The translations under genes were made by a program, and so were the position numbers. 64,000 nucleotides of DNA from UHGV virus genome UHGV-0034108. The stretch is one strand, 5' to 3'. The notes below the pieces were generated by a model. It was given only the letters and a program-made list of their open reading frames with translations, did no database searches and was not told the origin of the DNA. Shown here piece by piece: positions 27,642 through 36,467 of this stretch. The DNA comes from a virus. Position 1 is the stretch's first letter; every line of letters begins with the position of its first letter.

Positions 27642-28009
27642 TTAATAAGTATCTAAATAAGAAGACGGAGATTGATGGTCGAGTGTTTGACTCACGCAAG
27701 GAGGCTAAATACTATTTGTACTTGAAGCAGTGTGCAGCGGATGGGTCTATCAGTGACCTGCGTATGCAAGTTCCGTATGAACTTGTACCGGCAGTGTGGG
27801 AGGAGCAGGTTGTACATCTGAAGACAAAGGACAAGATTGTTAGACGGCAAGTGCAGAAGCCTATAACGTATGTGGCTGATTTTGTGTATGTTGATAACAT
27901 TACGGGGAAGACTATAGTAACCGATGTGAAAGGTTTCAGGACCAAGGAGTATTACCTCAAGAAAAAGATGATGAGGGCACTTCTTGGCATTTCTATAACC
28001 GAAGTATGA
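27638..28009 (+). CDS. DUF1064-like PD-(D/E)XK protein (putative resolvase/nuclease)
   Basis: N-terminus KKTEIDGRVFDSRKEAKYYLYL matches the DUF1064 pattern. YVADFVYVD...IVTDVKG fits a D...(D/E)xK active site. Overlaps the terminase stop by 4 nt. Confidence 0.55.
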   Translation: MINKYLNKKTEIDGRVFDSRKEAKYYLYLKQCAADGSISDLRMQVPYELVPAVWEEQVVHLKTKDKIVRRQVQKPITYVADFVYVDNITGKTIVTDVKGFRTKEYYLKKKMMRALLGISITEV

Positions 28010-28068
28010 TATTATAAGTCTTGTTAGTAAAACAAAGTGTTTTAGTTAAAATAAATAAAATTGTTAGT

Positions 28069-28105
28069 TACCGCCAAGTGAATCACTTATGGCGGTTTTT
28101 TGTTT
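28069..28105 (+). terminator. Rho-independent terminator
   Basis: CCGCCAAGTG-aat-CACTTATGGCGG followed by TTTTTTGTTTT. Confidence 0.7.
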
Positions 28106-28125
28106 TACATATATAGGTATTTTTG
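28096..28125 (+). promoter_or_regulatory. Bacteroidota-type promoter: TTTG, about 18-nt spacer, TATTTTTG (28118-28125)
   Basis: -7 box TAnnTTTG at 28118-28125. The ORF-track start at 28123 lies inside the -7 box, so the real start is the ATG at 28153. Confidence 0.45.
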
Positions 28126-28152
28126 CCGCAAACAAATAAATGGAGAATTAAA

Positions 28153-29295
28153 ATGGATGAATTAGGATTTGATATCGGGGGACTTCTCTCAGAGGAGGAA
28201 GCCGAGCAGCTCTTTGAGGAACAGGCGGCTGCTGAGAAAGAAGGTACGCCTGAAGAAACAAATAAAGAAAAACCCGCTGAGGAAGCTGAGGAAACCGAAG
28301 CTCCGGAGGAAGTAGGCGAGGAAGATAATAAAGAAGACGGGAGCAATGCCGCCGTTCAAGAGGGCGACGGTTCTTCTCCAAGCATTTATTCTTCCATTGC
28401 CAGCGCTTTGAAGAATGACGGCATATTCCCCGACTTCGACGATGACGAACTTGGTTCCGTGCAGTCGCCAGAAGACTTCGCTGAACTTTTTGAAAAGGCC
28501 ATCACGTCCAAGCTTGACGAAAGGCAAAGACGTATAGATGCCGCACTTGGTAATGGTGTTGCTCCAGACACGGTGAAGATGTATGAGCAGACATTACAGT
28601 ATCTCGGTTCTATAAATGAGGAAGTGCTTTCTGCTGAAGGTCAGGACGGTGAGGACTTGCGTAGGCAACTTATTTACAATGATCTTATCAACCGTGGTTA
28701 TTCTGATGAGAAAGCCCGCAAGGAAGTTGATAAGTCATTCAAGTCCGGCAGTGATGTTGAGGATGCAAAGGATGCACTCGAATCACTTAATGACTTCTAT
28801 GGAAATGGCTACAAAAAAGTTCAGGAAGATGCCAAGAAGCAGGCTGAAGAATTTCGTGCTGCCCAGAAGAAGCAGACAGAAGATTTCAAAAAGTTGGTGC
28901 TCGATGACGATGTGAAGATAGGTGATGTCAGTCTCGACAAGACAACTAAGCAGCGTGTATTCGATGCGGTCTCCAAGCCTGTCTTTAAGGACAAGGACAC
29001 CGGGAAGCTTCTAACAGCGGTACAGAAATTCCAGAAGGAGCAGCCTCTTGAGTTTTTGAAGCAACTCGGAATGTGGTATGTCCTCACAGATGGTGGGAAG
29101 AGCATGGACGGATTCACAAAGGAGCAAGTTCGTAAGGAAAAGAACAGAGCAATCAAGGAACTTGGACGAAAGATAAACACATCGTCCATCGGTCGTGATG
29201 GCTCGCTCAGATACGTTTCCGGCAGCGATGGTGGATCTGGAGATCCGATACTGTCAGATGGTTGGAAAGTAGGCTGGGGTGACACGAACATTTAA
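28153..29295 (+). CDS. Acidic, coiled-coil-rich protein (380 aa); scaffolding-like
   Basis: Extremely acidic N-terminus (EEEAEQLFEEQAAAEKEGTPEETNKEKPAEEAEETEAPEEVGEEDNKEDG), then charged helical segments. Placed immediately upstream of the capsid candidate. Confidence 0.55.
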   Translation: MDELGFDIGGLLSEEEAEQLFEEQAAAEKEGTPEETNKEKPAEEAEETEAPEEVGEEDNKEDGSNAAVQEGDGSSPSIYSSIASALKNDGIFPDFDDDELGSVQSPEDFAELFEKAITSKLDERQRRIDAALGNGVAPDTVKMYEQTLQYLGSINEEVLSAEGQDGEDLRRQLIYNDLINRGYSDEKARKEVDKSFKSGSDVEDAKDALESLNDFYGNGYKKVQEDAKKQAEEFRAAQKKQTEDFKKLVLDDDVKIGDVSLDKTTKQRVFDAVSKPVFKDKDTGKLLTAVQKFQKEQPLEFLKQLGMWYVLTDGGKSMDGFTKEQVRKEKNRAIKELGRKINTSSIGRDGSLRYVSGSDGGSGDPILSDGWKVGWGDTNI

Positions 29296-29319
29296 GTTTA
29301 ACTCAAAATTTTTAGAACT

Positions 29320-30849
29320 ATGCCAGGACGCATAAGCAACAATCAAATGGTTGGCGTTACTGCGTGGAAAGGTACGGTCACAAAGGACAATCACCTTTAC
29401 GGACTGTTCCGCACTAACCCGCAGATGGCCAGCGACGTAATGACTGTCCTCATGAGCAGCATGCATCTTCCAACGCTCGACACATACCTCTCAAAGGAGG
29501 TTCCGGTGCGCGAATACGAGGATGATTCAGAACTGTTCTGGGACGTGGTAGCTTCCTCAAGAAGGAATATTCCTCTTGTTGAGGCAAGGACAATGAGCGG
29601 AGAGACTGTCACTGCCGGTAAGGGCAATATCGGACAGAACTTCGAGCCTTTCTATCTGGTATTCCCGACAGACTGGTTTGCTCTCGGTGAGGTGCTCTGG
29701 GGTGAACTCAATGAGGTATACCCTATGATCGTAAAGGAAGAGGGGCGCCAGGAAGGGACGAACACTGTATATCTCGTTGAGATGTTCGGTGCCGATGGGG
29801 CAAAGGGTATTCCTGCTAAACAGCTTCTTGCTGGAAGGAAATTCAGTTGGGCATACGCTCCTGTAGAGGAGAACTTTTCACGTAAAGTCGGTGATGTAAG
29901 GTTCTCAACGCCGGTTTCTATGCGCGGCGATTGGCAGCGCGTCCGTCTTCAGCACAAGGTTGGCGGCAAGGAACTCGGAAAGAGGCTTGCTGCAAACATT
30001 CCTGTATCAAGGGAGGTCAACGGCAAGACCGAGACTGCCATTGCATCAAGGTGGATGCTCGCTGTTACATGGAAGATTGAGGAGACGTGGAACGAGTACA
30101 AGAATAACGCACTTGACCGTGGTGTATCAACCAGGATGGAGAATGGCGAGTATTCTAACTTCGGACTTTCCGGTCTTGCAAACAGGCAGGGTTCAGGATT
30201 CCGTCAGCAGCAGGCGGCAGGAAACCAGACATACTACACTAAATTCCGGATTGGTCTTATTGAGGATGCCCTCTATGGTATCTCGGCAGGAAAGCTGGAC
30301 TTCAGCAAGAGGAAGTTCGTAATCCGCACTGGAGAACGTGGAGCAATGCTGTTCAGCAAGGAGGCTAAGAAGGAGATGTCAGGTTGGATTCCACTTTATG
30401 GAGGTACAAGCAATGTTCCTTACATCAAGAGCGGAGCTTCAACAGATTTCGCTCCTAACGGAGTCTCTGTTACTGACCTTCAGATAACTAAATGGATTTC
30501 GTCTAACGGACTTGAAGCAACCATCATGATTGATTCAAGCAAGGACGATCTTCAGACTAACAAAATCATGCACCCACTTGGTGGTCCTGCGGAGTCATAT
30601 CGTTTCGATATCTTCTACGCATCTGACGAGGAGCAGCCAAACGTGCAGAAATGTATGGTCAAAGGTCAGCCAGAGTTGCGTGGATATCAGTGGGGTCCGT
30701 TTGCTAATCCGTTCACGGGAGAGATGAACAATGCTTCAGCTTCCTTTGATGAGGATGCGGCAATTGTACATTACAAGGCTACACTTGGTCTTGTGATTTA
30801 CGACCCGACAAGGTGTATATCACTTATACCTGCAATACTTCAGGCTTAA
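29320..30849 (+). CDS. Capsid morphogenesis protein, 509 aa. Major capsid protein candidate; portal not excluded.
   Basis: Its size matches crAss-like major capsid proteins (about 500 aa). It follows the scaffold-like gene. No diagnostic motif was seen. Confidence 0.65.
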   Translation: MPGRISNNQMVGVTAWKGTVTKDNHLYGLFRTNPQMASDVMTVLMSSMHLPTLDTYLSKEVPVREYEDDSELFWDVVASSRRNIPLVEARTMSGETVTAGKGNIGQNFEPFYLVFPTDWFALGEVLWGELNEVYPMIVKEEGRQEGTNTVYLVEMFGADGAKGIPAKQLLAGRKFSWAYAPVEENFSRKVGDVRFSTPVSMRGDWQRVRLQHKVGGKELGKRLAANIPVSREVNGKTETAIASRWMLAVTWKIEETWNEYKNNALDRGVSTRMENGEYSNFGLSGLANRQGSGFRQQQAAGNQTYYTKFRIGLIEDALYGISAGKLDFSKRKFVIRTGERGAMLFSKEAKKEMSGWIPLYGGTSNVPYIKSGASTDFAPNGVSVTDLQITKWISSNGLEATIMIDSSKDDLQTNKIMHPLGGPAESYRFDIFYASDEEQPNVQKCMVKGQPELRGYQWGPFANPFTGEMNNASASFDEDAAIVHYKATLGLVIYDPTRCISLIPAILQA

Positions 30850-30873
30850 AACAGTTAAAAAGGAGAAGATAAA

Positions 30874-31782
30874 ATGGAAAAGAAAACTGAAACAAGAAAA
30901 AAGACTGATGAAACAATGACTGGAGCAATGGTAAATCCGCTGCGTAACGAAAGGATCTATGTACGCTTTGTCGCCAAAGACAACGGTCTCCCAAAGGGGC
31001 ACGTACTCTCTGGCGGCAAGGCGGATGGAGCCTTTACGAGCCTGTGTGTTCCTGTGCTCCGTTCTACCGGTTCATATAAGAATGTGCTGACAAACGAGGA
31101 GAAGGACTTCCTTGAGGAGGCTCTCGGACTTGACTACAATGCACTTTCAGTATATAAGAAGGAGAATAACTATTGGGATAGTTACAGTGTCTCACTCAGC
31201 AAGGAAGGGATACACCTTGATTTGTCTGACCCGGAGGATTTCATAAAGTATAAGGTTCTTCTTGCTAACAGTGATATTGTGGCGCCTTCAGTAAAGGAGC
31301 GTATAGAACGACCGAAGGTGACGTACCAGTTTGAGATTGTGCGTGACAATGAAGAGGCTGCGCTTGAGAACTCCAAGATGGATGCTACGATGTCTTCATA
31401 CAAAGAGTTTGGCAAAATCGAAAGTGATACTGATACTATGCGTGTGCTTGTTGAGCTTCTCGATGGCAGACCGTATGCGGCCAATACTAAGCCGGAGTTC
31501 CTTCGTGCGAGAATAAACACTCTCATACAGGCTGATCCTAAGAAGTTCCTGGCATCAATTACCGACCCTCTGCTCCATATAAAGGTCGTAATACGTAGGT
31601 CACAGGAACTTGGGAAAGTTGTTAAGAGAGGTGATTACTATTACCTTGCATCTGATGGATCTCCGCTTTGTGATGGTAATGAGAATCCAACTCTTCCGGT
31701 TGCTGCCCGTTTCCTCAACATGCCTGCACATCAGGATATCAAGTTCATACTCGAAAGCGAGGTTGACAAGAACAGAATTTAG
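30874..31782 (+). CDS. Hypothetical structural-module protein (302 aa)
   Basis: Co-oriented ORF in the head gene cluster. Confidence 0.65.
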   Translation: MEKKTETRKKTDETMTGAMVNPLRNERIYVRFVAKDNGLPKGHVLSGGKADGAFTSLCVPVLRSTGSYKNVLTNEEKDFLEEALGLDYNALSVYKKENNYWDSYSVSLSKEGIHLDLSDPEDFIKYKVLLANSDIVAPSVKERIERPKVTYQFEIVRDNEEAALENSKMDATMSSYKEFGKIESDTDTMRVLVELLDGRPYAANTKPEFLRARINTLIQADPKKFLASITDPLLHIKVVIRRSQELGKVVKRGDYYYLASDGSPLCDGNENPTLPVAARFLNMPAHQDIKFILESEVDKNRI

Positions 31783-31784
31783 TC

Positions 31785-32498
31785 ATGAAGAATGTAACGG
31801 AATGGATGCAGGCCTTTAACCTGCTGTACAACAACATAGCAAGTGACAAGGCTCCAGGCCTTGAGCCGTATGAGATAAGCCGGTTTCTCACTGATGCACA
31901 GAATGCAGTAGTAGTTGCTCTTTATAGGGGTACTCTTGGTGCTGCCTTCGAATCAAATGAGGAAGTGACTGCATATCTCGACACGCTTGTTATGCAGTGC
32001 AGTGGGAAAAAGATATCGCAAGAGGAGATGTCGCCTGTGCTTTCTCAGCTTAGGATTGACGAGCACTCCACCATTTTCGAACTGGATCAGACTAATGGGG
32101 ATGTTCTTTTCCGTACATGGGAAGGATGCAAAATCGCCTCATCTTGCGGCGACATTTTAGTTCCGGTCATTCCTGTGACACAGGATGAGTACTGGAGGAC
32201 AGTGCGCGATCCGTTCAAGAAGCAGAATGACAGACGTGTGTTAAGACTCTCCTATGCTTCTGCCTCTACAGCAGAGGACTTCTCCGTAATTAAGTATTCT
32301 GAACTTGTCAGCGATGCTGAGATAAAGTCATATTCAGTTCGTTATATCAGAAGACCGTCTCCGATAATACTTGAGACACCTCCTACTGGATTGTCTATTG
32401 ATGGCCAATCAACAGTGATGACCTGTATTCTTCCTGAACCACTTCATCAGACTATACTTGCCGAGGCAGTTAAGATGGCCAAGGCAATCTGGAATTAA
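31785..32498 (+). CDS. Hypothetical structural-module protein (237 aa)
   Basis: Co-oriented ORF in the head gene cluster. Confidence 0.65.
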   Translation: MKNVTEWMQAFNLLYNNIASDKAPGLEPYEISRFLTDAQNAVVVALYRGTLGAAFESNEEVTAYLDTLVMQCSGKKISQEEMSPVLSQLRIDEHSTIFELDQTNGDVLFRTWEGCKIASSCGDILVPVIPVTQDEYWRTVRDPFKKQNDRRVLRLSYASASTAEDFSVIKYSELVSDAEIKSYSVRYIRRPSPIILETPPTGLSIDGQSTVMTCILPEPLHQTILAEAVKMAKAIWN

Positions 32499-32527
32499 TA
32501 GAAAAACAAACAAAAACAGTTTCCGAT

Positions 32528-33499
32528 ATGAGAAATTTCAACACAAACCAGACACGCCACTTCTACACGGACAAGATTACCGTTGATGGAGTGACCACTT
32601 CAGTAGAAGTCGAGTCGGTAAAGCCTGAGGCAACGGCAGATGCAGTTGCTCTGTTCTTCAAGGGGACCAATGCCGACGGACTTGCTTATCGTTCAGACCT
32701 CGTGCCTATTGACAAGATCGTCAGTCTCAAAAAGACTCCGGCATCGGCAATGGCTACGCCGCTCATGAAACACACAATCACAATCAACACCGGTGAGTTT
32801 ACGGATGTCGCTGCGCTTGCAGGGAAGCTCCTGAAGCTTAACATAACTGTGCATCAGGTGTTTGATTATGATGACTCCAACAGCATCACGTTTACTGTCG
32901 AGCACAAGGTTGCAGCTAAAGAGACAGCAGCGAACTTCTACAAAGCATTCGCTGATGCAATCACGGCTGCAATGCCTAAGCCGGATTCAAAGTATCCGTA
33001 TTTCACAGTTGAGTCTTCAGCAGCTGGTCTCGTTCTTACTGAGGCTCCTCAGAAATATGTTCGCGGAAAGCTTACCGGTGAGCCTGTACACTTCTCAGTG
33101 TCATTCGGTATTGCACAGGCATCTTACCTTGACGATGCCGATGTAGCATGGGGAGTTGACACAGTTGAGAAATCAGACAAGACAGTTCCTGCGAACTATG
33201 TTCTTGCAGACCTCGAATACTTTGCATTTGGTGAGCGTGGAGATTACTTCCGTGGTAATAATTGGCCAAACAACGTTGAGCCTACCTATGCCATTAATCC
33301 AAATAGCACTGAGGCGTATTCAGTTCTGACAATTGAATACTACTGGGCAGGTAATGCGGAGAATGTGCAGAAGTCACCGAGACTTATACAGGTTGCAGCT
33401 GTAGATGTTGATGCAATGTACAACAAGATTGTAGCATTGCTTCCGCCTACAAATGCCGGTGTGACTAAAGCGATTGCCGATGCTAAGCTTGGCGCGTAG
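32528..33499 (+). CDS. Capsid-associated protein (323 aa); auxiliary/decoration or alternative major capsid protein candidate
   Basis: Followed directly by a hairpin and T-run terminator, which suggests a highly expressed structural gene. Confidence 0.65.
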   Translation: MRNFNTNQTRHFYTDKITVDGVTTSVEVESVKPEATADAVALFFKGTNADGLAYRSDLVPIDKIVSLKKTPASAMATPLMKHTITINTGEFTDVAALAGKLLKLNITVHQVFDYDDSNSITFTVEHKVAAKETAANFYKAFADAITAAMPKPDSKYPYFTVESSAAGLVLTEAPQKYVRGKLTGEPVHFSVSFGIAQASYLDDADVAWGVDTVEKSDKTVPANYVLADLEYFAFGERGDYFRGNNWPNNVEPTYAINPNSTEAYSVLTIEYYWAGNAENVQKSPRLIQVAAVDVDAMYNKIVALLPPTNAGVTKAIADAKLGA

Positions 33500-33536
33500 T
33501 CAAACTATAAGTAAAATATTTACATTCTTTAACAAA

Positions 33537-33580
33537 GGGGGTTGGGTCTGTGAATCCGACCCCTTTTCTTTTTACATTTG
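33537..33580 (+). terminator. Putative rho-independent terminator
   Basis: GGGGGTTGGGTC-tgtgaatcc-GACCCC followed by TTTTCTTTTT. The stem is modest. Confidence 0.45.
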
Positions 33581-33596
33581 GGCAAAATAAGAAGAT

Positions 33597-34220
33597 ATGG
33601 TTATTTTTAGTGAACTTGCCCTTAGTGAAGACGGTAGCCGTCTTTCAGTTGAATGTTCGGTTAGAGACCTGAGCATTTATGATGGGATGTATATAAAGAG
33701 CATAGCTGTTGAGCATTATGCAAATGCTCAGGTATCTGGTGAACCGAGTGAAAAGGCAATTCGTATATTCGACAATACAGATGTTGACAAGGTTGACAAG
33801 ACTGCAAAATCTGTTCGAACTTATCTTGATGCATCAGATGCTCGTGTAAAAACTATGTTTGGATTGTCATCATTTTCAGGAGGTCTCTTCTATATTATAG
33901 TCGAGTGTGATGGCGATCTTGGAGCTGCTGTGGCAGGTCTCCCATGCGGGTATGATGAGACACGTGATACTTGTGTTATCCTGGATTGGTGCCTTCTGTA
34001 TAAAATAGGCATGAATTACATTGCGGAAATGAATTGCAGATGCCATTCGGAATGTCGTGACCTTTCAGGCTTTGACGGCTTTGTGATATTGTGGCACTCG
34101 ATACGTGTTGCATCAGAGTCCAAAGATCTGACGATGCTAAAGACGTTGTGGAAGAAGTTCACGAGAATTGTTGGGACAGGTGGGAAACATATTTCAAGTA
34201 ACTGCGGTTGCGGTAAATGA
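33597..34220 (+). CDS. Cys-rich hypothetical virion protein (207 aa)
   Basis: Co-oriented ORF. Multiple Cys residues (CGYDETRDTC...CRCHSEC...NCGCGK). Preceded by a TACATTTG -7-like box at 33581-33588. Confidence 0.6.
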   Translation: MVIFSELALSEDGSRLSVECSVRDLSIYDGMYIKSIAVEHYANAQVSGEPSEKAIRIFDNTDVDKVDKTAKSVRTYLDASDARVKTMFGLSSFSGGLFYIIVECDGDLGAAVAGLPCGYDETRDTCVILDWCLLYKIGMNYIAEMNCRCHSECRDLSGFDGFVILWHSIRVASESKDLTMLKTLWKKFTRIVGTGGKHISSNCGCGK

Positions 34221-34227
34221 TTTGATT

Positions 34228-34584
34228 ATGGTTGAGGTTCTTGATAGCGATAAGGTGCTCGATTATCTTTCGGGCTATTTTGAAAGATTGGCGAAGGCTG
34301 GTAGTGTACCACCAACTACGTCAATGGACTTTGTACGGTATCTCTTCCTTGTTGACTTTGTCGATACTATGTATGGATTCATGACTGAGGCTGATTATGC
34401 TGAAGTTGAGACACTACTTTCGGAGTTGTTCAGCAAGGGACATTGCTTGCTTTCGTATCCTGTGTTTTGTTCACGTCGTATATCTATTGGAAAAGCAGAA
34501 CTGTCCGATACTGGAAACCTGAGAATCACCGAGGATGTATCAGAATTGAGAATTACAGAAGATGAAAATTTGAGAGGAGTTTAG
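34228..34584 (+). CDS. Hypothetical protein (118 aa from ATG 34228)
   Basis: In-frame ATG immediately after the previous stop. The ORF-track start at 34168 overlaps the upstream gene. Confidence 0.5.
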   Translation: MVEVLDSDKVLDYLSGYFERLAKAGSVPPTTSMDFVRYLFLVDFVDTMYGFMTEADYAEVETLLSELFSKGHCLLSYPVFCSRRISIGKAELSDTGNLRITEDVSELRITEDENLRGV

Positions 34585-34586
34585 AT

Positions 34587-35333
34587 ATGGCAACGTTCAG
34601 AGAAATGGTATATATGGTGTTAGGACTTTTAAAAGAGAGGTCTGATGACGCATACTACACCGAGGAGCATGTTCTCTTTCTCATATCGAGGATGCGTTCT
34701 GTCCTTCTCGAAAAAAAATATAGAGGATCAAGGAATACTACGTTTGTTCCGATGTCATCGGAGAATATGCAGACATTGTGTCTTGATCTTGAAGCTGCGG
34801 ATTTCTCCGGTAGATGTAATGGAGCTTGGCTGAAATCTGTTCAGAAGATTCCAGATATGCTTATGACTGACATTCTATATGCCAATACCATAAGCGACAT
34901 GCTTCCAACTCAGGTTACATTTGTTGACGAGAGGCGGATGCAATATGTCGGTCACAATCCATGGCTTTTGAATATAATATACTGTGCCCGCTCAAAGGAT
35001 GGTCATCTTTATTTCCGCAGTGGAAATCCGCAATTCATGTTTCTGGAGAAGGTTATTACTACAGGTGTATTCTCAAATCCTGAAGAAGCATCTGCCCTTG
35101 AGTGTACTGTTGACGGAAATAGCCTTGAGTGTGATGTTCTTGATAGAAGATTTCCGCTTGAAGATTCTCTTGTACCGCAGTGTATCGAGCTTGTAGTTCA
35201 GGAATTGACAGGATCGCGATATGCACCGGAGGATAAGATAAATGACGCTAAGGATAATCTTGGTGAGGTGAAGATGACGCAGCCTACAGCGTCTGCAACA
35301 CAAAAAGCAAGGACAGATGAAACTGGCGCTTAA
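34587..35333 (+). CDS. Hypothetical structural-module protein (248 aa)
   Basis: Co-oriented ORF. Confidence 0.6.
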   Translation: MATFREMVYMVLGLLKERSDDAYYTEEHVLFLISRMRSVLLEKKYRGSRNTTFVPMSSENMQTLCLDLEAADFSGRCNGAWLKSVQKIPDMLMTDILYANTISDMLPTQVTFVDERRMQYVGHNPWLLNIIYCARSKDGHLYFRSGNPQFMFLEKVITTGVFSNPEEASALECTVDGNSLECDVLDRRFPLEDSLVPQCIELVVQELTGSRYAPEDKINDAKDNLGEVKMTQPTASATQKARTDETGA

Positions 35334-35775
35334 TGGACAGGGACATTACACCGACTTTTCTGGTGGATATGACCTTTATTTAAGAAGGTCACGAAGCGGT
35401 AAATGTGTTGACCGTGTAACTTACTGTAGGGTGGTTCGTGAATATTGTAAATTACTTGCTGACAGGCTTATTGAGTGTGGAATTGTTGACCTTCCAAAGG
35501 AGCTTGGGACGATTGCGGCAGTTACGATAACACGAAAACCGCAGTATCGGGGAAAGAAATTTATTGGATATGGGAAGATGGACTGGGATGCCGGTCATTA
35601 TGATGGTGTATTGAAAACCTTTGGCGTAGCATATCTCCCCAAGCATGGTAGAAATGCCAATCTTAGATGTCTTGGTTTCGTTGCGAACAGAAGGCTTTTT
35701 GGAAACCTGAAGGAGAGAAGTTTATCTGATAATTGTGTATGGACACCGCTTGAATTTAACGATGAAATGATATGA
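35317..35775 (+). CDS. Hypothetical protein (152 aa)
   Basis: Co-oriented ORF overlapping the previous gene by 17 nt. Confidence 0.55.
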   Translation: MKLALNGQGHYTDFSGGYDLYLRRSRSGKCVDRVTYCRVVREYCKLLADRLIECGIVDLPKELGTIAAVTITRKPQYRGKKFIGYGKMDWDAGHYDGVLKTFGVAYLPKHGRNANLRCLGFVANRRLFGNLKERSLSDNCVWTPLEFNDEMI

Positions 35776-36464
35776 TACAGACTACGAATATAAGGAGAAT
35801 ACTTGACAGGATAATGCGGCATCCTATGCTGCGGGACATCCCGTTTGAGACTGCTGTGGAGTATACGGTAGATTTTATTTCACTGCTTGGCACGCCGGCA
35901 TTGTATGAGGAGAAAACAGCAATTGTAAACATAAAAGAGTGGCGTGGCCAATTGCCATGTGACTTCGTGAATATGATCCAAGTTCGTGTAGCATCACGAG
36001 GCGGGAAAGGTCTTGTGTATAGGTATTCTGGAAGTTCGTTTCATCTGTCACCAGACAAGTCTCCATTGGATGGGATGGAACTCACATACAAGATACAGGG
36101 CCTTGTCATCTTTACATCTACAAAAGATACGGATATTGAGATTGCGTATAGGGCATTTGCGGTTGATGATGAGGGTTATCCTCTGTTGCCGGATAATACA
36201 AGCTTTCTTCGGGGGCTTGAGAACTATATTAAGCTACAGTGGTTCACTGTACTTTATGATATGGGAAAGATACCACAGGCTGTCATGCAGAACACACAGC
36301 AGGAATACGCATGGGCAGTCGGAGATGCACAGAGTGAGTTTTCAAGGCTGTCGCTCGATGAGGCTGAGACTCTGTTCAACTCGTTCAAGACATTGTTACC
36401 AAGGAATGATGAGCATTGGCGTGGCTTCTTTACCAATGGTGCAAAGGAAATATGGAAACATTAG
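35772..36464 (+). CDS. Hypothetical structural-module protein (230 aa)
   Basis: Co-oriented ORF with a 4-nt overlap. Confidence 0.6.
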   Translation: MIQTTNIRRILDRIMRHPMLRDIPFETAVEYTVDFISLLGTPALYEEKTAIVNIKEWRGQLPCDFVNMIQVRVASRGGKGLVYRYSGSSFHLSPDKSPLDGMELTYKIQGLVIFTSTKDTDIEIAYRAFAVDDEGYPLLPDNTSFLRGLENYIKLQWFTVLYDMGKIPQAVMQNTQQEYAWAVGDAQSEFSRLSLDEAETLFNSFKTLLPRNDEHWRGFFTNGAKEIWKH

Positions 36465-36467
36465 GAT

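Noticed and set aside
28123-28152. ORF-track start of the scaffold-like gene at 28123 (MPQTNKWRIKMDELG...)
   Set aside because: This start lies inside the TATTTTTG -7 promoter box. The in-frame ATG at 28153 (MDELGFDIGG) downstream of the predicted transcription start is the plausible initiation codon.
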